Assembly: GCA_045111695.1 (NCBI GenBank)
Contig: JBGUGW010000092.1
Location: 1-34,192, forward strand
From: Candidatus Cryptobacteroides sp.
GTDB lineage: Bacteria; Bacteroidota; Bacteroidia; Bacteroidales; UBA932
DNA length: 34,192 nucleotides
Direction: 5' to 3'
Part shown: one piece after another, positions 1-10,493 of the stretch
How positions within the stretch are numbered: position 1 is the stretch's first letter
How the letters are laid out: the number at the start of each line of letters is the position of its first letter
Position numbers and translations under genes: made by a program
The notes under the pieces: model-generated
Told to the model about the DNA's origin: nothing
Seen by the model: the letters and a program-made list of their open reading frames with translations, nothing else
Databases searched by the model: none

Positions 1-422
1 CTGTCCGAAGTGGAATGGAACAGATGTCCGAGCGTTTCAAGTCTGGCCTTTATGCCGCCTGCATTGACTATGTTGCCGTTGTGGGCGAGGGCGAAAGTCC
101 CGGCCTTGCAGCTCATCCTGAAAGGCTGGATGTTCTCGATTCCGCCGACTTCGGTGGTGGGGTAGCGTACGTGGCCTATGCAGGTGTCGCCGGAAAGCCC
201 GGCAAGGGCGCTCTCCGGGAAAACGTCCTTGACCAGCCCCGCGCCCTTGTGGATGAGCAGGCCTCCGTCAGGGCCTGCGACGGCCATGCCGCAGGCCTGC
301 TGGCCCCGGTGCTGCAGTGCCTGCAGCCCCAGGAAAGCATGCCGCGGGGCCTTCTCCACTCCGTAGATGCCCAATACGCCGCACTCCTCGTGCAACTCCT
401 CGAAACAGTGACTAAAGTCCAT
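1..422 (-). CDS. purF: Amidophosphoribosyltransferase, N-terminal part (runs off the window edge; absent from the ORF track)
   Basis: Manual translation from ATG at 422: MDFSHCFEELHEECGVLGIYG...LQALQHRGQQACG...IGHVRYPTT...ENIQPF...ALAHNGNIVNA...FHSTSD. These are PurF Ntn-glutaminase motifs with a short propeptide before the catalytic Cys. The start overlaps the dapL stop. Confidence 0.92.
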   Translation of the reverse strand, partial: MDFSHCFEELHEECGVLGIYGVEKAPRHAFLGLQALQHRGQQACGMAVAGPDGGLLIHKGAGLVKDVFPESALAGLSGDTCIGHVRYPTTEVGGIENIQPFRMSCKAGTFALAHNGNIVNAGGIKARLETLGHLFHSTSD

Positions 423-1617
423 TTATGCAGTGTTCCATCCTGTCCATGGCTTCAATCGTCCTTGCCCTGTCGGCGAATGACGTGAGCCTGAAGTATCCCT
501 TGCCGGCCTGGCCGAAGCCTGATCCGGGAGTGACGACGATGCCCGCCTTCTTCAGCAGGGCGTCGAAGAACTCCCAGTCATCCATGCCGTCCGGTGTCTG
601 TGCCCATACGTACGGGGCGTTCTCTCCGCCGGAAGCGCGTAGCCCCGCCCGTTGCAATCCCTCGCGGATGATAGCGGCGTTGCCGAGGTAGTAGCGGATG
701 CTCTCGCGGGTCTGCTCCCGCCCTTCGGGCGTATACACCGCGTATGCGCCGCGCTGCGACACGTACGAGGCCCCGTTGAACTTGCAGCCCTGCCGGCGCT
801 CCCACAGCGCGTTGAAGGACTTCTCCGTGCCGTCCGCGCTGCGGCCACGGAGTCCCTTCGGGACGACGGTGTACCCGCAGCGTATGCCGGTGAAACCGGC
901 CGTCTTGGAGAAGCTCCTGAACTCGATCGCGCATTCCCGCGCGCCTCCGATCTCGTAGATGGAGTGCGGGATGTCCGGGTCCTGGATGAAGGCCTCGTAG
1001 GCCGAATCGTACAGGATCAGGGTACCGTTCCTGAGAGCGTAATCCACCCATCCTTTCAGCTTGTCGCGGCTTATCACCGCACCCGTAGGATTGTTGGGAT
1101 AGCAAAGATATACAATATCCAGCTTTTCATCAGGGATTTGTCCGGTAAATCCGTCTTCTTCGGAGCAGGGGATGAACCGTATCTTCCTTCCGTCGATGAC
1201 GTTGGTGTCTACATAGACGGGATAGACGGGGTCGATGATGCCTACTGTGTTCTCATGGGAGAACAGGTCCAGGATGTTTCCCAGGTCGCTTTTGGCACCG
1301 TCGCTGATGAAGACCTCTTCCGGATCGACGTTGACGCCCCGGGAGGCGTAGTCCCCCCGGACGACGGCCTCCCGGAGCCAGCCGTAGCCGTGCTCCGGCC
1401 CGTAGCCGTGGAACCTCTCCTGAACGGAGAGGTCGTCCACGGCCTCGTGCATGGCACGTATGATGGCCGGGGCGATGGGGAGCGTCACGTCCCCGATGCC
1501 CATCCTGATGATGTCGGTTTCAGGAGAGGCCTCGTGGAAATCGGCCACCCTGCGCGCCACCTCCTGGAACAGATAGCGGTGTTCCAGTTTGCAGAATCCT
1601 TCTTTGATCCGTATCAT
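412..1617 (-). CDS. dapL: LL-diaminopimelate aminotransferase
   Basis: Motifs YLFQEV, MGIGDVT, GYGPEHGY, SDGAKSD, CYPNNPTG, YDSAY and PLP-lysine motif SFSKTAGFTGIRCG; adjacent to dapF. Confidence 0.95.
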   Translation of the reverse strand: MIRIKEGFCKLEHRYLFQEVARRVADFHEASPETDIIRMGIGDVTLPIAPAIIRAMHEAVDDLSVQERFHGYGPEHGYGWLREAVVRGDYASRGVNVDPEEVFISDGAKSDLGNILDLFSHENTVGIIDPVYPVYVDTNVIDGRKIRFIPCSEEDGFTGQIPDEKLDIVYLCYPNNPTGAVISRDKLKGWVDYALRNGTLILYDSAYEAFIQDPDIPHSIYEIGGARECAIEFRSFSKTAGFTGIRCGYTVVPKGLRGRSADGTEKSFNALWERRQGCKFNGASYVSQRGAYAVYTPEGREQTRESIRYYLGNAAIIREGLQRAGLRASGGENAPYVWAQTPDGMDDWEFFDALLKKAGIVVTPGSGFGQAGKGYFRLTSFADRARTIEAMDRMEHCINGL

Positions 1618-1619
1618 GG

Positions 1620-2474
1620 CTAGTCCTCCGGAAGTTCAATGGTACCTTCGAAAACGGTCGTGGCGGTGCCTGTCATGCGGATTTCCTTGGTGGCGGGGTC
1701 CCACGACACGTCCAGCGCACCGCCATCCATGATGACGGTGCATTTGTCAGGCCGCGTATAGCCGGCCATGGCCGCGGCTACGGCCGTGGCGCACGCGCCC
1801 GTGCCGCAGGCCTGCGTGATGCCGCTGCCGCGCTCCCATACGCGCATGCGGATGTGCCTCTCGTCGAGCACTTGCGCGAATTCGATGTTAGCCCGGTTGG
1901 GGAACATCAAGTCCTTCTCGAACAGCGGTCCGGCTTCCGCCACCGGCGCGGCCTCGGCATCCGGTACGAACAGTACCAGATGCGGATTGCCGACGTCCAC
2001 GGCGGTCCCGCGGAAACGCCTTCCGCAGGCGAAGAGGTCGTCCAGTATCCACTGTCCCTTGCTCCCGTCGGGGAGGTTGACCTCGAGGGGGACTCCCTTA
2101 CCCATGTCCACGCTGACGTCGCGTACCTGCCCCTCGTCATCGAGGTGCAGGTCCAGGACCTTGATGCCCGAGAGAGTATCCAGCTTGATGACGGTCTTGT
2201 CAGACAGGCCCTTGTCATGGATGTAGCGGCCCACGCAGCGCGAGCCGTTGCCGCACATTAGGGCTTCGGAGCCGTCGGCATTGAATATCCTCATGCTGAA
2301 GTCGGCCTTGTCCGAGCTTCCGATGAGGATGATGCCGTCGGATCCTATCCCCTTGTGCCTGTCGCTCCAAAGGACCGACAGCCGGGCCGGGTCGTCGATG
2401 GGATGCTCCATCGTGTTGATGTAGATGTAGTCGTTGCCGAGACCGTGCATCTTGGTGAATGGTATCCGTTTCAT
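1620..2474 (-). CDS. dapF: Diaminopimelate epimerase
   Basis: [29 protein letters not shown] and [17 protein letters not shown], with both catalytic Cys present. Confidence 0.97.
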   Translation of the reverse strand: MKRIPFTKMHGLGNDYIYINTMEHPIDDPARLSVLWSDRHKGIGSDGIILIGSSDKADFSMRIFNADGSEALMCGNGSRCVGRYIHDKGLSDKTVIKLDTLSGIKVLDLHLDDEGQVRDVSVDMGKGVPLEVNLPDGSKGQWILDDLFACGRRFRGTAVDVGNPHLVLFVPDAEAAPVAEAGPLFEKDLMFPNRANIEFAQVLDERHIRMRVWERGSGITQACGTGACATAVAAAMAGYTRPDKCTVIMDGGALDVSWDPATKEIRMTGTATTVFEGTIELPED

Positions 2475-3820
2475 ACGCGTCCTTTCAGATAATCGTCAAC
2501 TTCCTGCGCGACCGCCCTTCCTCCGGCCAGGGCCCTCACTACCAGGCTGGTGCCGGTCTTGGCGTCGCCTGCAAGGAAGACGTTCGGTCCGAATTCCGGG
2601 TGCTGGGGCTTCAGGAAACCCATGGCCAGCAGCACCATGTCGCACTCGATAATGCTCTTGTTGCCCGTGGGCTTCATCTGCGGACGGCCTCCGTCCGGAG
2701 CCGGCAGCCACTCTACCTCTTCGACTTCCACGCCGGCCACGCGGCCCTTGCCGTCGTCGAGGAAACGGCAGGAGGACAGGCTCCAGCGCCTGATGCAGCC
2801 TTCCTCATGGCTTGTGGAGGTCCTCAGGATCATGGGCCATGCGGGCCAAGGCGTCGCAGGGTTGTACCCCTCCGGCGGTTTGGGCATGATCTCGATCTGG
2901 GTGACGTTCTTGCAGCCCTGGCGGTGGCATGTGCCGATGCAGTCGCTGCCGGTATCGCCTCCGCCAATCACAAGGACGGTCCTTCCCTTGGCAGAGACGG
3001 TCTCTTCCTTGCTGAACTGCTCTCCCGCGAGCCTGCGGTTCTGCTGGGTCAGCAGGTCAAGCGCGAAATAAATGCCCTTGAGTTCCCTTCCGGGAATGGG
3101 CAGGTCGCGTGCGGTAGGCGTGCCGGTGGATATGACATAGGCGTCATAGCCTTCCGGCAGGTGTTCCGTATCCACGGTCACGCCGTAGCGGAAGGTGATG
3201 CCTTCTTGCTCCAGCACGGCTATGCGCCTGTCAATGATATACTTGTCCAGCTTGAAGTTGGGTATGCCATAGCGGACGAGGCCTCCTGCGGACGGCATCT
3301 TCTCCAGTACGGTGACGTCATATCCGCGCTTGTTGAGCTGTACGGCCGCGGAGAGCCCGGCAGGGCCGCCTCCAACCACGGCCACCTTCTTCCCGTTGCG
3401 GGGATAGGAGTGCGGATGGACATATCCTTCGCGGAACGCGCGCTCGATGATCGAGCATTCGTTCTCGCGGACGGTGACGGGTGCGTCCATGGCGTGGTTG
3501 AGCACGCAGCTCTTCTCGCACAATGCGGGACAGATGCGTCCGGTGAATTCCGGAAAGTCATTGGTCTGCGACAGGAGCTTGTATGCAAGCTCCCACTTGC
3601 CTTTGCAGGCGGCGTCCTGCCATTCGGGCTGGCGGTTGCCCAAAGGGCAGGCCCAATGGCAGAACGGTATGCCGCAGTCCATGCACCGGGAAGCCTGGAG
3701 CATGCGGTCGCCCTCGTTGAGGGTCTGCTCCACTTCTCCGAAATTGGAGACTCTTTCAAATACCGGCCTGTGGCCGGCTTCCTGACGGGGAATGGTCAGG
3801 AATGCATTCGGGTTTCCCAT
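2471..3820 (-). CDS. gltD: Glutamate synthase small (beta) subunit
   Basis: [10 protein letters not shown] and GRICPALCE Fe-S motifs, GGGPAGL FAD site, [13 protein letters not shown](P)H site; follows gltB. Confidence 0.96.
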   Translation of the reverse strand: MGNPNAFLTIPRQEAGHRPVFERVSNFGEVEQTLNEGDRMLQASRCMDCGIPFCHWACPLGNRQPEWQDAACKGKWELAYKLLSQTNDFPEFTGRICPALCEKSCVLNHAMDAPVTVRENECSIIERAFREGYVHPHSYPRNGKKVAVVGGGPAGLSAAVQLNKRGYDVTVLEKMPSAGGLVRYGIPNFKLDKYIIDRRIAVLEQEGITFRYGVTVDTEHLPEGYDAYVISTGTPTARDLPIPGRELKGIYFALDLLTQQNRRLAGEQFSKEETVSAKGRTVLVIGGGDTGSDCIGTCHRQGCKNVTQIEIMPKPPEGYNPATPWPAWPMILRTSTSHEEGCIRRWSLSSCRFLDDGKGRVAGVEVEEVEWLPAPDGGRPQMKPTGNKSIIECDMVLLAMGFLKPQHPEFGPNVFLAGDAKTGTSLVVRALAGGRAVAQEVDDYLKGRV

Positions 3821-3832
3821 ATTCCGTATCCG

Positions 3833-6800
3833 TTAATATTCCATTTGTACATTGTCGATCTTCTCGTTGAGCTTGCGCAGCTGCTCCTCGTGGAGTACGC
3901 GCTTGTACTCGATAGGCGTGACCTGGATGAAGTCCTCGGCATACTCGGACCAGTGCTCCAGCATCCTGGCGGCAAGGGCCGAGCCCGTCAGCCTGCGGTG
4001 TTCCGCGATAAGGCTCTTGAGTTCTTCCATCCTGGCCTTCTCCTCGATCAGGCCAAGCTCGATCATCTCCATGTTGCAGTAGTAGTCGAAGTTGTGGTCG
4101 GGGTCCCAGACATAGGCGAGGCCGCCGGACATACCGGCTGCGAAGTTGCGTCCGGTGGGTCCGAGGACCACGATACGTCCGCCCGTCATGTATTCGCAGC
4201 AGTGGTCTCCCACTCCTTCCACAACGGCGATGGCGCCGGAGTTGCGGACGGCGAAGCGTTCGCCGGCGCGGCCGGCCATGAACAGCGAGCCGGACGTCGC
4301 GCCGTAGAGCAGCGTATTTCCGGCGATAGTGTTCTCGGAAGCGTCGAAATGGGCGTCCGGGTTGGGCCGGACTATGATGCGGCCTCCGGAAAGGCCCTTG
4401 CCCAGGTAGTCGTTAGCTTCACCTTCAAGCCTGAAATTGACTCCCTTCATCAGGAAGGCACCGAAACTCTGTCCGGCCGATCCGTGGAAGGTGACGTTCA
4501 CGGTCCCGTCGGGCAGGCCTTCCTCGCCATAGCGTTCCGCTATGCGGCCGGACAGCAGGGCGCCGACGGTACGGTCGGTGTTCGCTATGCCGTAGTGCAG
4601 CGACACGCTGCGGCCACTCTCAATAGCGGGCTTTGCTGCCGCCAGGATATGCCTGTCGAGGACATCCCCGAGGACATTCCTGTATCCGGAATCGGCGTGG
4701 AGGTGACCTTCACCGTTCTGGAAGAGAAGACGGCCGAAGTCCAGCGAAGCCGCCTTCGTGCCCGTCTTTGCCTTGTCCACGGTGATGAGGTCCGTGCGTC
4801 CGACGATGTCCTCGAACTTGCGGAATCCCATGTCTGCGAGGTACTCGCGCACCTCCTGGGCCAGGAAACGGTAGTAGTTGACGAGGGCGTCGCTGCATCC
4901 GCGGTAAAGCTTGAGCAGCTGGGGATTGCGGGTTGCGATGCCCATAGGGCAGGAGTTGGCGTGGCACTTGCGCATGAGCACGCAGCCGAGCACGATGAGC
5001 TGGGCCGTGCCGAAACCGAATTCGTCCGCACCCAGGAGGGCCATGGCGACGACGTCGCGGCCGGTCTTGAGCTGGCCGTCGGTCTGGAGGGTGACCTTGT
5101 CACGGAGCCCGTTCTGGATAAGCGTCTGCCTGGTCTCGGAAAGGCCTATTTCGGGCGGGAGACCCGCATAGCGTATCGAGGACATAGGGGATGCTCCCGT
5201 ACCGCCCTCGGCTCCGGATATGACGATTAGGTCGGCCTTGGCTTTGGCTACGCCTGCGGCCACGGTGCCGACACCGCTCTCCGCGACTAGTTTCACGCTG
5301 ATGCGTGCATCGGGATTGACGTTGCGGAGGTCGAAGATCAGCTGTGCAAGGTCCTCGATGGAATAGATGTCGTGGTGGGGCGGGGGAGAGATCAGCGAGA
5401 TGCCCGGAATGGAGTGGCGCGTACGCGCGATGATGCCGTCGACCTTGTAGCCGGGCAGCTGGCCTCCTTCGCCGGGCTTTGCGCCCTGGGCTATCTTGAT
5501 CTGGATCTCCCTTGCGTTGACAAGGTACTCGGTGGTGACTCCGAAGCGACCGGAAGCGACCTGCTTGATGCCGCTGTTCTTTTCCGTGTGGAAACGTTCG
5601 CGGTCCTCTCCGCCTTCACCTGTGTTGCTGCGCGAGCCGAGGCGGTTTAAGGCTTCAGCAATGGCCTCATGGGCGCCCTGGCTGATGGCGCCGAAGGACA
5701 TTGCGGCTCCCACGAAGCGCTTTACGATCTCCTCCACGGGCTCGACTTCGTCGATCGGGATGGGATTGTGCTTGAAACTGAAGAAATCCCTGAGGAACAG
5801 GGGCTCCTTGTGGCCGTCCACGATGGAGGTGAACTCCTTGAACTTCTTGTAGTCGCCAGCACGGGTAGCCAGTTGCAGCGCAGCGATGGCTTCGGGTGTC
5901 CACGAGTGGGGAATGCCATCCTTCCTGAAGGAATATTGGCCGATATGTGGAAGGATGTCGGACACTTCGCAGTCAAATCCCTGCGCATGCATGCTGGCAG
6001 CGTCCTGTGCGATCCTGGACAGGGATATGCCGCCGACCGTAGAGGACGGCGTGCCGAAATACTCCCTGAGGAGGTCGGCTCCGAGTCCGATGCTTTCGAA
6101 TATCTTGGCTCCGCGGTAGGAACGAATCGTGGAGATACCCATCTTGCTGAGGATCTTCTTGAGTCCCTTGTCCACGGCCTTGATGTAGTTGTCACGGGCA
6201 GTCTCGAAATCGAGCTGCAGGTCTCCCTTCTTCACCAGGTCGTCGATGACGGCGAATGCCATGTAAGGGTTGACGGCGCTGGCGCCGTAGCCGAGCAGCA
6301 GGGCGGAGTGCATGGTCTCGCGTATCTCTCCGCTCTCGACGATGAGGGCGGTCTGGACACGCTTCTGCACTTTGACCAGGTAATGGTGTATCGCGCTGAC
6401 TGCCAGCAGCGAAGGGATGGCGGCGTGGGTCTCGTCCAGACCCCTGTCGCTGAGGATGATGTAGTTGATGCCGCGGTCGACGGAAGCTTCAGCCTCGCGG
6501 CACAGGCCGTCGAGGGCTTCCTTCATTCCGACTTCGCCCTTGGATTTCTCGAAAAGGATGGGCAGGACCTCGGTGTTGAAGCCCTTATAACGGATGTGGC
6601 AGAGGATGTCGAGCTCGTCGTTGGTCAGGACCGGCTGGGGGAGACGGACCATCTTGCAGTGGCTCTCGTCCGGGGTGAGGATGTTCATGCCAACGGCTCC
6701 GATATACTCCGTCAGGGACATGACGAGGTCCTCGCGGATAGGGTCGATAGGCGGGTTGGTCACCTGGGCGAACTGCTGGCGGAAATAGTTGAACAGCAGC

Positions 6801-8281
6801 TGGGGGCGCTCGGATACGGCCGCCAGCTGGGTATCGTTACCCATCGAGGAGACGGGTTCGGATGCCGTGCTGCACATGGGGACTATGATGCGCTCGATGT
6901 CCTCGCGGGTGTAGTCGAATGCCCTGAGCCTCCTTTCGAAGTCAGGGACGGAGTTCTGGGCTTTGCGGCCGCTGCGGAGTTTTGCAAGCTCGATGCGGCC
7001 GTTCGACAGCCAGCCCCTGTAGTCCTGACCGTCGGCCAGGCCTTGCTTGATCTCGTCGTTGCGGAAGATACGGCCGGTCTGGGTGTCGACCATGAGGATC
7101 TTGCCCGGCTGGAGCGAACCTTTCTCGATGACGGATCCGGCGTTGACGGGGAGGCATCCGGCCTCGGAGGCGATGGCGATCAGGCCCTTGTCGGTGATGA
7201 GGTAGCGCGAAGGACGCAGGCCGTTGCGGTCCAGCATGCCCCCGGCGTAACGGCCGTCGGAGAAGATGATGGCCGCGGGGCCGTCCCACGGCTCCATGAG
7301 GATGGAGTGATACTCGTAGAACGCCTTCAGGTCGTTGCCAATGGGGTTCTTTTCGTTGAAGGACTCAGGTATCATCATCGACATGACGTGGGGCAGGGAC
7401 ATGCCCGAATGGATGAAGAACTCCATCGCGTTGTCGAAGGATGCGCTGTCGCTCATGCCGGGCTGGATGATGGGATGGATGTCCCGGACATCCCCGAGCG
7501 CCTTGGAGGAGAGCACGCTCTCGCGCGCCTCCATCCATCCGCGGTTGCCGCGGATGGTGTTGATCTCGCCGTTGTGCGCCATCATCCTGAACGGCTGGGC
7601 CAGGGACCAGGCCGGGAAGGTGTTGGTGCTGAAGCGCGAATGGATCAGTGCCAGACCGGAAGTGAAGAACGGGCTGGACAGGTCCGGATAGTATTCCTTC
7701 AGCTGGGTGGAGGTCAGCATGCCTTTGTAGATGAGCACTTTGCTGGACAGGGATACGACATAGAAGTCCTTGTCGGACACCTTCTGCTCCACATGCTTGC
7801 GGATGCGGTAGAGCCTGGTCTCAAGCCCTTCCGGGTTGGCGTCGCTGCCGGTGATGAACACCTGTACGACATGCGGTTCGCATGCGCGGGCCGTCTCTCC
7901 GAGGATTTCGCTGTTCACGGGGACTTCGCGGACATTGGAAAGGACAAGTCCTTCCCTCTGTGTCTCCGCCTTGAGTACAGCCATGCATTCTTCTCCGGCC
8001 TTCTCATCCTTGGGAAGGAAAATGAGGCCGGTCCCGTACCTGGACCTTTCAGGTACGGGAATGCCCTGGAGGAGGATGAATTCGTGGGGTATCTGCACCA
8101 TGATGCCGGCGCCGTCGCCAGTCCTGGCGTCGGCGCCTTCGGCTCCACGGTGCTTCAGGTTCTCCAGCACTGTCAGTGCATCGCACACCAGCTGGTGGGT
8201 CTTGTTGCCGTTCAGGTCGGCGATCATACCCACTCCGCAGGCGTCGTGCTCGTATGCCGGATCGTATAAGGTTCTTTCCAT
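3833..8281 (-). CDS. gltB: Glutamate synthase large (alpha) subunit
   Basis: Start moved to ATG 8281 (MERTLYDPAYEHDACG) to avoid overlapping glnA. Contains HSRFSTNTFP, EPWDGPA, IKQVASGRFGV, QGAKPGEGGQLPG and the 3Fe-4S Cys motif GCVLMRKCHANSCPMG. Confidence 0.97.
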   Translation of the reverse strand: MERTLYDPAYEHDACGVGMIADLNGNKTHQLVCDALTVLENLKHRGAEGADARTGDGAGIMVQIPHEFILLQGIPVPERSRYGTGLIFLPKDEKAGEECMAVLKAETQREGLVLSNVREVPVNSEILGETARACEPHVVQVFITGSDANPEGLETRLYRIRKHVEQKVSDKDFYVVSLSSKVLIYKGMLTSTQLKEYYPDLSSPFFTSGLALIHSRFSTNTFPAWSLAQPFRMMAHNGEINTIRGNRGWMEARESVLSSKALGDVRDIHPIIQPGMSDSASFDNAMEFFIHSGMSLPHVMSMMIPESFNEKNPIGNDLKAFYEYHSILMEPWDGPAAIIFSDGRYAGGMLDRNGLRPSRYLITDKGLIAIASEAGCLPVNAGSVIEKGSLQPGKILMVDTQTGRIFRNDEIKQGLADGQDYRGWLSNGRIELAKLRSGRKAQNSVPDFERRLRAFDYTREDIERIIVPMCSTASEPVSSMGNDTQLAAVSERPQLLFNYFRQQFAQVTNPPIDPIREDLVMSLTEYIGAVGMNILTPDESHCKMVRLPQPVLTNDELDILCHIRYKGFNTEVLPILFEKSKGEVGMKEALDGLCREAEASVDRGINYIILSDRGLDETHAAIPSLLAVSAIHHYLVKVQKRVQTALIVESGEIRETMHSALLLGYGASAVNPYMAFAVIDDLVKKGDLQLDFETARDNYIKAVDKGLKKILSKMGISTIRSYRGAKIFESIGLGADLLREYFGTPSSTVGGISLSRIAQDAASMHAQGFDCEVSDILPHIGQYSFRKDGIPHSWTPEAIAALQLATRAGDYKKFKEFTSIVDGHKEPLFLRDFFSFKHNPIPIDEVEPVEEIVKRFVGAAMSFGAISQGAHEAIAEALNRLGSRSNTGEGGEDRERFHTEKNSGIKQVASGRFGVTTEYLVNAREIQIKIAQGAKPGEGGQLPGYKVDGIIARTRHSIPGISLISPPPHHDIYSIEDLAQLIFDLRNVNPDARISVKLVAESGVGTVAAGVAKAKADLIVISGAEGGTGASPMSSIRYAGLPPEIGLSETRQTLIQNGLRDKVTLQTDGQLKTGRDVVAMALLGADEFGFGTAQLIVLGCVLMRKCHANSCPMGIATRNPQLLKLYRGCSDALVNYYRFLAQEVREYLADMGFRKFEDIVGRTDLITVDKAKTGTKAASLDFGRLLFQNGEGHLHADSGYRNVLGDVLDRHILAAAKPAIESGRSVSLHYGIANTDRTVGALLSGRIAERYGEEGLPDGTVNVTFHGSAGQSFGAFLMKGVNFRLEGEANDYLGKGLSGGRIIVRPNPDAHFDASENTIAGNTLLYGATSGSLFMAGRAGERFAVRNSGAIAVVEGVGDHCCEYMTGGRIVVLGPTGRNFAAGMSGGLAYVWDPDHNFDYYCNMEMIELGLIEEKARMEELKSLIAEHRRLTGSALAARMLEHWSEYAEDFIQVTPIEYKRVLHEEQLRKLNEKIDNVQMEY

Positions 8282-8288
8282 AACGGGT

Positions 8289-10475
8289 TTAGTTGATGAA
8301 CAGGAGTTCACGGTACTTAGGCAGCGGCCACATGTCGTTGTCGACGATTTCTTCAAGCTTGTCGATAGGCCTGCGGATGGCGAACAGGCTCTCGGCGATC
8401 TCGTGATAGGCCTTCGCCTTCTCGTATTCGTTCTCGATGGTGTTCGCGCTCTTCCTGGCTTCGATCATCTGCGCGACGCCCTTCTGGAGCTGTTCTATCC
8501 TGTGGGAGATCTTCTCGATGAGGGCGATGGTCACTGCCGCCTTCTCCTTGTAGGAATCGGGGAAGTTCTCCTTCATCATGGTCAGGTTCTTGAGCAGGGT
8601 GTTCTGGTACGCAAGAGCGGCGGGGATGACGTGGTTGATGGCCATCCTGCCCATCACGCGGGACTCGATCTGCACTTTCTTGGTGTACATCTCCCACTTG
8701 ACCTCGTTGCGGGCCTCAAGTTCCTTGAGGGAATAGATGCCCAGCGAGGTGAACATCTCGACGGAAGCGGGGGTCGTGAAGGACTTGATCATCTCCGGTA
8801 CGCTGGTCTCGGTGTCGAGTCCGCGGCGTGCGGCCTCCTCCTTCCACTCGTCGGAGTAGCCGTTGCCGTCGAAGCAGACGACGTCGATGATGGAGGCGAT
8901 GACGGGCTTCAGCGTGTCCATAACGGCGACCTCGAGGGATTTGCCTGCGGCAAGCTCCTTGTCGAGATCCTTCTTGAACATCAGCAGCTGCTCGGCTACT
9001 GCACCGCTGAGAGCGGTCATCGCGCCGGCGCAGTTGGCCGAGGATCCGACGGCGCGGAACTCGAAGCGGTTGCCGGTGAAGGCAAACGGCGAGGTGCGGT
9101 TGCGGTCAGTGTTGTCGACGAAGATCTCGGGGATCTCCACGATGCCCACGGAAGTCTCCTTCTTGCCGGCAATCTCGATCGGGGTGCCGGAAGGGAGTTC
9201 TAGCAGTTTGTGGAGCACATCGGTCATAGTGCGTCCGAGGAATGCGGAGACGATTGCCGGCGGGGCCTCGTTGGCGCCGAGGCGATGGGCGTTGGTCGCG
9301 CTGGCGATGCTGGCCTTGAGCAGGGAGTTGTGTCTCTGCACGGCGGCCAGGATGTTCACGAAGAAGGTGACGAACTGGAGATTGCCCATCGCATCCTTGC
9401 CGGGAGCGAGGAGCAGGGTGCCGGTGTCGGTGCCGAGGGACCAGTTGTTGTGCTTGCCGGATCCGTTGATGCCGTCGAAGGGCTTCTCGTGCAGGAGCAC
9501 CACGAAGCCGTGCTTGCGGGCCACCTTGTTCATGATGTTCATTATCAACTGGTTCTGGTCGTTGGAGAGGTTGCACTCACCAAAGATCGGAGCGAGCTCG
9601 AACTGGTTCGGAGCCACTTCGTTGTGACGTGTCTTGAGCGGAATGCCGAGCTTGTAGCCTTCGTACTCGAGGTCCTTCATGAACGCAGCGACGCGGGAAG
9701 GGATGGCCGCGAAGTAGTGGTCTTCAAGCTGCTGGTTCTTGGAGGAGGCGTGGCCCATCAGGGTGCGTCCTGTGAGGATGAGGTCCGGCCTGGCGGCATA
9801 GAGGTCCTCGTCCACGAGGAAATATTCCTGCTCCCAGCCGAGATAGGAATGCACCTTGGAAACGGCGGGGTCGAAGAGTTTGCAGATGGGAACCGCCGCA
9901 TCGGAAACGGCCTTGAGCGCCTTCTTGAGCGGAGTCTTGTAGTCCAGGGCCTCTCCGGTGTAGGAGATGAACACCGTCGGGATACAGAGGGTGTCATCCT
10001 GGATGAAGACCGGGGAGGTCGGGTCCCAGGCGGTGTAGCCGCGCGCCTCGAAGGTGGCGCGGATGCCGCCGCTAGGGAAGGACGACGCGTCAGGTTCCTG
10101 CTGGATGAGGGACTTGCCGTTGAAGGATTCGATCATGCCTCCCTTGCGGTCGTATTCCATCAGGGAGTCGTGCTTCTCTGCGGTCACTTCAGTAAGCGGC
10201 TGGAACCAGTGCGTGATGTGGGTGACACCGTGCTCGAGCGCCCATTCCTTCATTCCTTCCGCGACTTTATCAGCGGTGGATAGGTCGAGTGGACGTCCAT
10301 TGTCGATACAGTCGATAAGCGCCTCGTAGGCCTTGATGTCAAGATACTTGCGCATCTTCTCGCGGTTGAACACCAGCTCTCCGAAATAGGCGGAAGGCCT
10401 CTCTGCGGGGGCGGTCACGTCCAAAGCCCTCTTCTTGAAGGCGTCCTGGACCACATCGAATCTAAGTTTGCTCAT
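8289..10475 (-). CDS. glnA: Glutamine synthetase type III (GSIII, GlnN family)
   Basis: 728 aa with HWFQPLT, AEKHDS, EPDASSFPSGG, HNEVAPNQFE, HEKPFDGINGSGKHNNWS and DRNRTSPFAFTGNRFEFR. Confidence 0.96.
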   Translation of the reverse strand: MSKLRFDVVQDAFKKRALDVTAPAERPSAYFGELVFNREKMRKYLDIKAYEALIDCIDNGRPLDLSTADKVAEGMKEWALEHGVTHITHWFQPLTEVTAEKHDSLMEYDRKGGMIESFNGKSLIQQEPDASSFPSGGIRATFEARGYTAWDPTSPVFIQDDTLCIPTVFISYTGEALDYKTPLKKALKAVSDAAVPICKLFDPAVSKVHSYLGWEQEYFLVDEDLYAARPDLILTGRTLMGHASSKNQQLEDHYFAAIPSRVAAFMKDLEYEGYKLGIPLKTRHNEVAPNQFELAPIFGECNLSNDQNQLIMNIMNKVARKHGFVVLLHEKPFDGINGSGKHNNWSLGTDTGTLLLAPGKDAMGNLQFVTFFVNILAAVQRHNSLLKASIASATNAHRLGANEAPPAIVSAFLGRTMTDVLHKLLELPSGTPIEIAGKKETSVGIVEIPEIFVDNTDRNRTSPFAFTGNRFEFRAVGSSANCAGAMTALSGAVAEQLLMFKKDLDKELAAGKSLEVAVMDTLKPVIASIIDVVCFDGNGYSDEWKEEAARRGLDTETSVPEMIKSFTTPASVEMFTSLGIYSLKELEARNEVKWEMYTKKVQIESRVMGRMAINHVIPAALAYQNTLLKNLTMMKENFPDSYKEKAAVTIALIEKISHRIEQLQKGVAQMIEARKSANTIENEYEKAKAYHEIAESLFAIRRPIDKLEEIVDNDMWPLPKYRELLFIN

Positions 10476-10493
10476 AATATGGGAGATTTAAGG

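Noticed and set aside
15-485. 156-aa plus-strand ORF at the left edge
   Set aside because: It is the antisense of purF, which has clear catalytic motifs on the minus strand.
8282-8356. 25-aa N-terminal extension of GltB in the ORF track
   Set aside because: It overlaps the glnA 3' end; ATG 8281 gives a normal propeptide before the catalytic Cys.
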